A stretch of 63,763 nucleotides of DNA, counting the filler, from Lenisia limosa (lineage: Eukaryota; Protista; Breviatea), in NCBI GenBank assembly GCA_001655205.1. It is 10 parts of 10 records of this genome, joined end to end, with 100 filler letters (N's around TTAATTAATTAA, not from the genome) between each part and the next. Parts side by side here need not be neighbours in the genome. Positions count along the whole stretch, not along the records: positions 51,354 to 55,741 come from LPNZ01002188.1; positions 55,842 to 57,387 come from LPNZ01000977.1; positions 57,488 to 63,763 come from LPNZ01003376.1; 7 more parts are not named here. One strand, written 5' to 3'. How positions within the stretch are numbered: the stretch's first letter is position 1; each line of letters starts with the position of its first letter. Below are positions 51,644 to 62,505 of the stretch, one piece after another. Under the pieces are notes generated by a model that saw nothing but the letters and a program-made list of their open reading frames with translations, was not told the DNA's origin and ran no database searches. A program made the position numbers and the translations under genes.

Positions 51644-54600
51644 CCTCATAAAGCCAGGCTTGACGGAGAGGGTCTGTGGGAGAACGCCGGAGGGGAAAAA
51701 GACGAATTGTCCTGAGGTCAGTTGGACTTGGTCTTGGAGGAAGAGCGACACCTTGATGCGTCTGCGATCAGGTCAAAAATAATCATTCTTGACATTATAT
51801 ATACTACATGATGAGGAAAAATAATAAGATGTACTATATCTGGCCAAAACCGTCCACACCATCACGCTTCTATGATATACTAAATGATAATAATATAACC
51901 AATCATTTGCCAAATAATTCTGTAATTGATATAGATATATCGATATACATATGAGACAGTATAATATATGTAGCTATATGAAAACAGTGAAAGACTTGTA
52001 ACTAAGGGTTTCCCAACGTTTCCAAAAAAAAAGACTGAATGAACGAGTAATTCTTAATAAACATCGGTATTGTACCAGTCTTTTTCGGACCAGATGAAAG
52101 TCTAAGCATGTTCACTCAATGTTGAAAATATGAGAGACTACCCCCCCCCCCCNNNNNNNNNNNNNNNNNNNNNNNNNNNNNNNNNNNNNNNNNNNNNNNN
52201 NNNNNNNNNNNNNNNNNNNNNNNNNNNNNNNNNNNNNNNNNNNNNNNNNNNNNNNNNNNNNNNNNNNNNNNNNNNNNNNNNNNNNNNNNNNNNNNNNNAG
52301 TCCCATGTAAATCTACATCGATAATAAGGTAATTAAGGTAATAAGATGATTAAGGTGGTAATAAGGTAATTAAGGTGATAATAAGGTGGTAAGGTGGTAA
52401 TGATGATTTCAATGGGATATTATATTGGTCTTTTTGGTACATTAAGAGAGCTTCCAAAACCAATAAAATGAAGACATTTGTCAGACAGAGGGGCGCTCAT
52501 AATTGTTGTTATTCCAATCAAACTGGGATACTATCATCTATCATTAGGGCTTCACAAAAGTCTGGTAAAATACCGGTAGTTTTCGAGGATTAACGAGAAA
52601 TTCAGTCTTTTTTTGACCGAAGTGAAGTCCTAGCTATCATGCGTTACAATGGTTCTTGTTGACTCAAACTATTCTTTTGACCAGAGCAGAGAAAGTAGGG
52701 CTCCGTGTAGTTAATTGAAAAATTAATTGCAAAATTTGAAGTGAGACCTATTGTCATGGGAACGCCATTTCAGACACTGTAATTTCAAATTTTGTCAATT
52801 AATTTCTTCAAAAAATTAATTGCACAGAGTCGTAAGAGTCATCTATATGTGTGCAATATAACCGAGGTAAGCCTTGAATTTTCCTTGGGAAATCAGGTAG
52901 AAAATCGGACAAGCCTTACTGTTTATTGAGTCCTCAGAGTAAGACTTCAGCCCACCTCCTCTATGCGCTTCTCGACATTGGCCACCAACGCAGTAATATC
53001 TACAAGTGTAAAATAATATCTACAGGTGTAAAATAATATCTATTGGAGTAAAACAATATACTATATACTTTCAGAAGAAAAATGATATAAAAAAGAGGGA
53101 AAACAATTTCTACACAGGGTATAAAATAAGATAATATGATATACGATTACTTGATACCGGTTATATCATAATACTAGTAATTTTGTAGAAACGGCATAAA
53201 AAAAAAGAGGTAGGATCTGGTCGAAGCCGTCCACCGTCTATTATAATACTAATTCAGTAATAGTATTACTTTATTATGTGCCTAAAAACTCCGTGCACTG
53301 TCTCCATACAAGTCAAAAAAAAAAACAATAATAAATCCTCCACAAAGAGCAACCCTATTTTACTCTCCCATTTACCCGGATCCTCAATGACAGTCCTCAT
53401 GAAGTTCGTGTGGTTCTTGGTCACCTACAAAATGAAAGACGCTGATTAGCTTTGGAAACATTCAAATTTGAAGACTCTAGACAACTAGAGGATTATAACA
53501 AACCTGAGGATTCCCAACCAATCAAAGGATTATAGCCAACTAGATGATTCCTAGCCACGAACCTGGAGAAGTTGACGGCTGTGTGAAATATTGAGTGCCT
53601 GATGCTTGAATCCCATACTCATAAGGTCGTGGAGCTAGGGGGGGGGGGGGGGGNNNNNNNNNNNNNNNNNNNNNNNNNNNNNNNNNNNNNNNNNNNNNNN
53701 NNNNNNNNNNNNNNNNNNNNNNNNNNNNNNNNNNNNNNNNNNNNNNNNNNNNNNNNNNNNNNNNNNNNNNNNNNNNNNGGAAAATTTATGAAACATAAAA
53801 CTCAGAATCAACACTGTTGGCTAAATTTGGGAAACACATCAAGTTGAAAACAACAAAACAAACTATGGGGTAGGGATACCTCCTTTTAAAAACATATCAT
53901 AGCACTTTTTGGATCATTGTCACACGTATGAACTATCATTTTCCACGCAGTGATATGATACCATCCACTATTATAATTGACCAACAAGTCTCAATGATAC
54001 TCTGATACACTTGGGATGAACCCTCGTGTTATCTTCGTTATCATTTCGACTTGAAAGTCGCATATGATGGATATGGGTTAATGTATGACTATATCTGGGT
54101 ATACAACCAATACTACCTACCCACATCTAATATCAACACCTTCCATATTATCACACCCTTCCCCAGTAAATATAAACATGAGATGAACTCTCCACACCTT
54201 GTCCATCGAGGTCTGTGAGAGTCTCATGATGGAGGAGTGAGCAAGACGATCAAAAATGCCGCGGGTGGAGTGTCTGCTGTATACCTCCTGTGGCTGCAAA
54301 GTGGTGATAATGTCAATAAAGCTGGAAAGGTTTTAATAACAGGGAAGGGTGTTCTTTAAGCATGATTCGGTTTATTCTAAGGGTTGTAAATATGTCAACT
54401 AGAGGGGAGGGGGGGGGGGGGNNNNNNNNNNNNNNNNNNNNNNNNNNNNNNNNNNNNNNNNNNNNNNNNNNNNNNNNNNNNNNNNNNNNNNNNNNNNNNN
54501 NNNNNNNNNNNNNCAAAACAGACAAAGCCCAGGCCAGTCGCTTCCAAGGGGGAGTAATAATACATGAGACAATGGAGCGACCATTATAAAGGAAAAGATG

Positions 54601-54996
54601 AATAGGGGAAACATAGGTATCAAAAGGCTTATATGGTCTAAAGGCTTGAAAAAAGGATACTTTACATTAGTTTCTGAAATAAAAAGGTTGTGAAAACCTG
54701 GTTCAAACACAGGAGATTCTATCAACAGCCACTTGAATTGAACACAGAAGATCCCACTCACCTTGAACAGCTCTCCAATAAAAGTGTCTGAGAACATGGT
54801 TTTAATAACATCTTGAAGAACTGAAAGAATTAAAGGGCTGCTACTCTATGCGATGCCAGATGATCAAGGGCGAAGGAAACCAACCTCTTTTCGATTTGGT
54901 GGAGGTGATGTTCTGTGCGGTCAATCTTTGCTCCAAAATGTAAACCATTTCACCTCCCATGTTGATAATCAACAGAGGCATCGAAAGAAGAGACAT
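51644..54996 (-). CDS. OSCP1: OSCP1 (organic solute carrier partner 1) homologue, C-terminus unresolved
   Basis: MSLLSMPLLIINMGGEMVYILEQRLTAQNITSTKSKR|VLQDVIKTMFSDTFIGELFK|PQEVYSRHSTRGIFDRLAHSSIMRLSQTSMDK ... RIKVSLFLQDQVQLTSGQFVFFPSG. Confidence 0.9.
52698..52832. mobile_element. MITE family B (~135 bp, termini GGGCTCCGTGCAATTAATT / AATTAATTGCACAGAGTCG), representative copy
   Basis: Other copies at ~32546-32678, 40028-40162 (TTA on both sides), 41812-41945, 24712-24829, 56933-57027 and ~16820-16920. Confidence 0.85.
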
Positions 54997-55932
54997 GGTT
55001 GTGTTTTACTAAGGAATCCAAAGAATCGGAATGCGCTTCTGTGATCTATTATTGTTTATTACACTTCAGTAGAACCTTACTTGCAGTGTTTATCAATATA
55101 ACAATGACTACTTGAAAATTTAATTTTTTTTTTATAACCCGACGTAACGCGGACGCAAACTTATGTTGCCAATAGTTATACTGAACTGATTTGTTGTTCT
55201 TCCTGGCTCAACGATTGCTCTCCATGCCACAGCCATGCCACTCACTCAGCCAGCCAAAATGAGAGGGTTTGAAGAGTGTGCAAATAGTATGTGTTTCATA
55301 GTTTGATAACCCTATCATCATACCTGCTACACAGATTTTAAAAATAAAATTGGGTACTAAAACTACTGCAGGTTACATTTTCCCTTAACAACTGGACTTT
55401 TTGACACTTGAGAATCTGATCATAAAATACATTACTCTTGTCTCCATATATACACAACCCCGTCCACGTTACCTCTTCAACCATATTCCACATCAGCAAG
55501 AAGCCCCCCCACCCCTATCCCAAATATACAATCCCCAAGAAACTCCGTTATGACATCCATGCCGGTTGTGCTCGTCGAGAGGTCTGCACGTGACCGTATC
55601 TATTTGGGTAAGACTGAAATATCTGGTCTCTTTGGGGTTTGACAAAAATATGTCAGAATATCGTATATGATATGATATTGTTCCAAAAATATCTTAAGAT
55701 AAATATCATATACTATATTTTGTATATGGGGCATTGACCCCNNNNNNNNNNNNNNNNNNNNNNNNNNNNNNNNNNNNNNNNNNNNTTAATTAATTAANNN
55801 NNNNNNNNNNNNNNNNNNNNNNNNNNNNNNNNNNNNNNNNNCATATCATACTATGTATATATAATAGCTAAATGAACATATAATATATACTATGTACTTT
55901 TCTCATTTTCCACCTATTTATCTCTAATGCAG

Positions 55933-57301
55933 GTAGCAGTCCCGTCCTCACAACGGTCCAAGTGGCTCAAGCTGGTGGAGTTGATCTGCATGTTCTTCTT
56001 CGTTCATTTCATGCAGGTGCGTACCGGGTAGTTGTGAGAACAAGAACTTCGAAGAAAAAGAATTTTCCATCTTTTTGATGACAATCTTGGAGGGTTAAGA
56101 TTGGGAGATCTACGTTAACCCGTTTCCTCTCTCACACCCGCAGGTCTGGATATTCATTCTCATCCTCCTGGGATATCTGTACCACCTCGGATATGAGGTG
56201 TCCGTTGTGACGTGTCTCGTGACGTACACGGCCTATCTCATCTTCTACAAGCCGCATAACGGGCTCGGATGGAAGAGCGACTGGATGTTACTCAAGTGGG
56301 GGATTTGACGTTAATGAAATAAAAAAAAAGGCCAAAATCAACTCTATTAGCTAGCAACACACGAGGGTTGAAAACAACAAAAGTCCAGTGAATAATGAAG
56401 GAGGGGCACCATGGTAGGTTATTAAATAAAACGTTGGGTTACAAGAGTACACCATCAACAAGATTTCTATTGGTGGTGTATAACACGACACTGACTTGAT
56501 TGCAAATTTCAGCATTGTCCCCTAGGACTGTATTTATTCATCCCATGCTTTCAGCCCACTCTGGCATTTGTTCCAGTCGTACCTTGGGATCCGAATGATC
56601 CGAAAATGCTCTCTCGACCCTTCCAAACAGTGAGCGGGTTGTGTTCAAAATATTTTTTGTACACATAGTATATACAAATCAGATAGTGTACTCGTATGTT
56701 ATATATATACTAGATGATATCCCATATAACAGATTGAGCAATTGAACAACACTCTCCTAGTTTTTCTCAAAGTTCTCTAAAACATCAGCTGTAGAACAGC
56801 TCATGAGTTCATAGGTTTTCCTAGCTTCATCTTTGGTAGGGCTTCCCTACGGTCCGAAAAAGACCGTCAAAATATCGATATTTATTGAGGATTGATTTCT
56901 GACCGTAGGAAAGCCCAAATCTTCGGGTAATGACTCTGCGCAATTATTTATTTAAGAAACTAGTTGATTGCTTTGTGGAAACTTGTTTGCAGCAGGGATT
57001 AATTTCAAAAAAATTGCACAGGGTCGTAGTATTTGTCATATCATTGCGAGGAATGATATGATACTCCATATCGTGTCGTGTGATATTGACCGACAATTCT
57101 CAATGATAGTCTGATCAGCCCTCAAGCTATCTTCATTTCGATTATTACACCAATAGATAGTTCCAAACCATAACAGGAGTTACTAACGTCATCATAGGTA
57201 CCTCTTCGCTATCCAGCCCCACGCTATTCTGGTCCTCTCCCGCTTCTTCTTTACCGGAGGAATGTTCGGCTCCCTTTTCCCGGACCAGGGCAACTTCAGA
57301 T
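55933..57301 (+). CDS. DGAT2: DGAT2/MOGAT (DAGAT family) acyltransferase, partial
   Basis: Hydrophobic N-terminal helices, then GWKSDWMLL|NPLWHLFQSYLGIRMIRKCSLDPSK|QYLFAIQPHAIL. A canonical TACTAAC branch point precedes the last exon. Confidence 0.8.
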
Positions 57302-57487
57302 GTAGGAGCTTGAGGGGGGCGTGTCTCTCAAATACTGTCGTCAATTAGGATAGCTCTGCAGAAGCGACTGGTCTGAGCTTTGTTTGTNNNNNNNNNNNNN
57401 NNNNNNNNNNNNNNNNNNNNNNNNNNNNNNNTTAATTAATTAANNNNNNNNNNNNNNNNNNNNNNNNNNNNNNNNNNNNNNNNNNNN

Positions 57488-58018
57488 CCACACCCTTCTG
57501 ACACACGATGTGGACTTCAATGCCATTGCTGACAGCGTGCGTGAGCGCCTCATCAACCCCGACATCCATGACCGAATGGCAGATGCTCAGGGCCTCGCTG
57601 ACATCTACACCTCTGAGTCGTTCCATGAGATCTTGGAGACTCCAATGTGGGAGGGGGAAGACTGGCCAGTGATTTCGATAACTCAGTTGGTTAATGTAGA
57701 TAGCTGTAGCACCAGGGTTTCTAATGATTTAGTCCTGTTCTTTTCACCAATTACATTCCGCTCACATGATAGATGTGCTCAGGAGAACTGTGGTAAACCT
57801 GCAACTAAACGATGCAGCAGGTGTAAATCGGAATGGTATTGCTCACGAAAATGCCAAGTAGGGAGGGTGAGACGGCTTATTTTTCTTGGCATACCAAATA
57901 ATAAACAAAAACGCTTCTTCTTCTTTGTATAACTGATAACCCGCAGGTGGACAACTGGGTGACTCATAAGTCTATTTGCGACTCAATTATCAAAAAAGAG
58001 GAGGAGTACGGCGTGTAG
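57488..58018 (+). CDS. ZMYND10: ZMYND10 (BLU) dynein-assembly factor homologue, C-terminal part with MYND finger
   Basis: ...MADAQGLADIYTSESFHEILETP|ICAQENCGKPATKRCSRCKSEWYCSRKCQ|VDNWVTHKSICDSII...*. Confidence 0.8.
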
Positions 58019-58052
58019 GCCGTTTCTTATGGGCACCAGGTTGCATGGAGGT

Positions 58053-59265
58053 TTAGACCGAAGACATGTTGTAGCTAAAGTTGTTATTCGTTACAATGGG
58101 AGGATAAAGAAATTATGTTGGATAGTCATTTAATAATATATATCATAAAATATAAATAGTACTATCTCTGATATAAATACTATGTATTACACCATTGTAG
58201 AAATCCCCCCTCCCCCCACTTTCTTGTATTTAAGATGGCCTTGCCGCACATCGCACAGAGGCCTTTTCGATATGCGCATGGCTGGGGAGTAAAGTATTGT
58301 TTTTGATTTGGAAACAAAAGAGGGGGGGAGGGTTAAAGAGGGTATGTCAATTGTGTCAAGGTATTAAAACTAATAAGAAACAAACAGAAGAAAATACAAA
58401 TAAAATGAAACGTTAGTGAAAACGATTTCTATGTTGCCCCAAGAAGTGATGGAGGCTGGGGTCCATTGCTTGAAGCGCAACAGTCATCGACAAACATAAA
58501 AAGGCAGGGTGAGGAGGGGGGTCGAATAGTGTGTAAGAAAGCTGATAGATAGATTCTAGATTCAATAAAGATGATTATGTAATACAACCACGTACCTGAC
58601 AGTAGATTTTACCTTGCTGGGTTTGTGTTTTGCAAATTTTGCATCTCAGCAATTTGTACTGTGAAGCAGTGGGGGTCGAAAGCAATTTGTTCTGACCAAG
58701 CTAGGCAAGTAAAGGATTTCCAAACTGCTATATCATATCATCTTGTAATATGGAAAAGACTATTTGCAGCAACCAAGAAAAAAAAAATACAAGAAACTAT
58801 ATACTAACTTCCCATCTAACGTTTTTCTTGACTTCCTTGCATGATGCTTTGAAGCTGAAATGTTACTTTGAAGGAAAATAAGCGCTCATAGTGTCACGTC
58901 AGTCCAAAAAAATAATAATAAAAAAAATAAATAATATAAAACAAGACTGAGATGTTGAATCTCTGAAATAGTATCATATAGAACCGAAGTGATACCCCTA
59001 AATGATATCCTCAATATCAGATAAACAGGTTGTGGCTGTTGCCTCAACAACATTTTATATGGAAAGCGTGAAGCCACAACATCAGCACATTTCAATGCAA
59101 CATAACACCAAAAGTGTTGCTCACAACTTTTTTACCCAGTAAGATCTATCCTACTCATGATCTTTGGATTTTCTGATATCTGGAGTTGCTAACTTCTTCA
59201 GCTTCTTCTCACCTGGAGGATAAGTATGACAAGATGATCAAGCTCTTACATTTCTTGCACACCAT
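58053..59265 (-). CDS. CRIPT: CRIPT (cysteine-rich PDZ-binding protein) homologue, complete, about 98 aa
   Basis: Six exons: MVCKK|CEKKLKKLATPDIRKSKDH|DFKASCKEVKKN|LGQNKLLS...CKICKTQTQQGKIYCQ|PCAYRKGLCAMCGKAILNTR|NYNMSSV*. Confidence 0.9.
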
Positions 59266-59561
59266 TTCTACTGATACTCTCAAATTATTAAAAAATGTGC
59301 CTTTTTAACGTGTTTGATTGGCTAAGAGGGCCAAAAGAAGGCTGTCACAAATGATGTGAGACAAACGATATAACCCATGATCACCAGGATCATCACTTGG
59401 CGATTTATCCAGCAGCAATTTCCTCTCTCTTAGTCCTTTCTCCCTNNNNNNNNNNNNNNNNNNNNNNNNNNNNNNNNNNNNNNNNNNNNNNNNNNNNNNN
59501 NNNNNNNNNNNNNNNNNNNNNNNNNNNNNNNNNCGCCCTCTTTCCCTTATTGACTGTTTAG

Positions 59562-62505
59562 ATATCGAGCTTAGGTCTGTTATTAAATCGCAGGAGGAAC
59601 TAATTCGCACGATGAGTGGGAATGGGAAACTGTTGATGCCCATCACCAGAATTCTAATCCAACTGTTGTTTCCTTTTCCTTATGGAACCTTTTTTTTTAA
59701 TTATTGTTGTTACGGTACTAGGGAACAATACACTATATGAAAGAGGGGTCCAAAATGAGTCCCTTGTCGACAACTCTATGGACCGAGCAGAGCTACAAAC
59801 GTGGGCTTGGGGATTACTCTCAATAATTCAGGATAACCGATTTTTTACAAATAAAAACTTCATTTCTGCATCACTTATTGTAATTCTAGTCTTTAAAGAT
59901 TAAAAGGGAACTGTGGAAGTTATTTTGATACATTCCCGTTTTGTTTATCTAATTCACCTATCTCATGCGCATTTCCACATTTTTCACTCTCACACTTTCA
60001 ATCATGACAGAGTTAGTTGGTGAAATGTATGTTATATCCAGTATCTGAATTACTTTTGATAATAAGCTCATATCGATATGACGAAGTGCAACTTAGCATA
60101 TTGCAGAAGTGAGAATAAGCGACAAGCTGCATCATTGGCACAAAAGGATGACGTCATCGCAGGGCTCACCAAAGCCCTGACGGAAGCCAAAGCTGAAATA
60201 ATCGAGCTTGAGCATCAACTTATTGCTGCCCAGGCCCAGACCACTTCATATGATGAAACTAATTCAGCTTCTCTTAAGGTTTGTGGATTGAACATTAAAT
60301 GCGTTGGGCTTGGAAATATATATATTGAATTGCATATCATAAATAATGCGTATGTGATTACATATATAGTATTATATATCATATAGATATCGATATGTAC
60401 TATATAACTTATATACAGTGAGTTACATAAGTAATGGCAAAAAGTTTTTTCACTTGTCGCAAAATGGGTCTTCTCTGAAAAGTTTGTCATTTTATTGGAA
60501 TTTGAACTATATTGTATTATTTTGCACAAATTAATTAATAAAAAATATTTATGATGTGTTTTTAACGAAATAACAAAAAATACCACCTGTAATACCATAA
60601 AAATCAGTGAATCAAAACGCTAAAAACTTAAGTTGGCCGTTGGTGGCGATGAAGCAAAAACATCATGGTATTGTGTCAATCAGGTTTCTCATCTCTTTTG
60701 AGGTGATTTCAAAACAAGCAGATTGACTTCTCCATTATATCTTATGCAGGATTAACAAGAATCAGGGTATTTGCCATCAAGTAGTAGGGCATGTTTAATT
60801 GGGTTTAGCCACAAAATGGATCACCATACCCTTACATGTTTAAATTTGGTGAATGACAACAATTAAAATATATGCCAAAAATAAGAATTTTGGTGCAATT
60901 CACACTTAAAAAGACACATATTTTGCGACAAGTTATAAGGAAAAACTTTTTGCCATTACTTTTTTAACTCACTATATGCATTATTGGTACTTTTATAGGA
61001 TGTATGATATACCATATCATATAGTATACATATAGTACATATAGTATATGATATATAATTATATCGCTATGGAATGTAGCATGATTAGTTTTTTTCACGT
61101 CTAATGTCTGATAACATACTACTGTACCATAGGCTTAAAAGCTTTACGATGCAGACGATAAGCCATCTCCGAGACATGGTCAACAGACTGGAAGATCAGG
61201 TGGGTATTTCTGGATGATCATATGACCGACTTTTGAGTCGAAAAGATGAAAGAAGATAACACGAGGGTTCATACCGAGTGTATCAGAGTATCGTTGAGAC
61301 ATGTCGGGCAATTATAGGTATCATATCTGCGTGGAAAATTATAGTTATTACGTTTAACTAAAAAGTGATATGTTTGTAGCAATGCAAGATGGTGTTTTGC
61401 TTCAACTCTGTGAATATTCATTAATACCTTGTTTTCTTGGCTTTCAGACTGCTTCGACTTTGAATCCAAAATCTAGACAACTTTCCTACCTGAAACCCTT
61501 CTTTAATACGTACGTATAATCCTTCACGCAGGTGGCCTCTCTCCGAGCCGAAGTTCGCAGCAAAGCCCAGGATGCAGACGTGGCAGTGGCCAGGGCAGAG
61601 GCCCTGGAGTCAACTCAAGTCGCAGCTGATAAGGTAAACCCATTGGCTACAAGGGTGATTGGTGTTGAGAACTCATTCAACAACTTATTTTGAATCACTA
61701 ATTGGTGTGAATTCAAACCATTTTATAAATTTTATATACTATATGATATGATATATTGTACATGTGATTATTGAGGAGGCATTATTCCCAACTAAAATAC
61801 CAGGCTATTTCTGAGGCAGTTGACAGGGCTAACCAAAACCATGAAAATGCGCTGAACCTTGAAAAGGTTATAAGGAACAAAGATCTTGAGATTGCAAGGT
61901 ATGATAACATATGAATTGTTTCTGTTTGATGTTCTTTTGATTTCCTATCAGATTAATTCTTCAGACTCAAAGCAAGTCTGAAGGAAAAGGGTCTCATTAT
62001 CGAAGCAACCAATAGAAAAGTTGGGCAACTTGAAGAGGAGTTAAAAGCCGTAGTGGACAAAACCTGTTTGGCGGACACGGTCAAGCATCAAATGATGGAA
62101 CTTGTGGAACACTCTGTGGTATATTGGGAACGATTTATCTTCAAACGAGAGTGTTGTCAGATTGTTTAAAAAAATTTCCTTTCTTCCCCCAAAATGTACT
62201 TTGGGCAAACAATAGGACTCTTCAAAGGTTTGAAGAGTCCTATTGTTTATTGTTGAGTAAGGAAATTTTTAAGGCTTTGCTTTATGTTTGTTTATTGTTG
62301 AGTACGACGCTAGTATTCAGTACCCCCCCCCCCCCNNNNNNNNNNNNNNNNNNNNNNNNNNNNNNNNNNNNNNNNNNNNNNNNNNNNNNNNNNNNNNNNN
62401 NNNNNNNNNTAGGAAGTTCAGAAGATTTGCGATATTGCAGTGAAAGAAAACCGATTGTGGCGATCCGAGGCCAAAACACAAGGATGGAAGTTTGAACTTA
62501 AATGA
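59562..62505 (+). CDS. Long coiled-coil protein, unknown function (5' end unresolved)
   Basis: Phase-consistent exons SENKRQAASLAQKDDVIAGL...|TISHLRDMVNRLEDQ|VASLRAEVRSK...|AISEAVDRANQ...|LKASLKEKGLII...EHSV, with a probable last exon EVQKICDIAVKENRLW...ELK*. Confidence 0.6.
60416..60974. mobile_element. ~560-bp TA-flanked MITE, Tc1/mariner-like
   Basis: Left end TA|CAGTGAGTTACATAAGTAATGGCAAAAAGTTTTTTCACTTGTCGCAAAAT has an inverted counterpart at ~60920-60974 followed by TA. It lies in an intron. Confidence 0.75.

Noticed and set aside
56513-56560. Apparent in-frame TAG in the DGAT2 exon suggesting stop-codon reassignment
   Set aside because: The downstream acceptor at 56552-56554 gives a clean standard-code reading that aligns better to DGAT2. 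Sec20, ZMYND10 and the Vint gene all end at TAG.
59195-59300. Plus-strand exon (SSHLEDKYDKMIKLL) of the coiled-coil gene
   Set aside because: The same bases encode CRIPT exons 1 and 2 on the minus strand with a far better family match.
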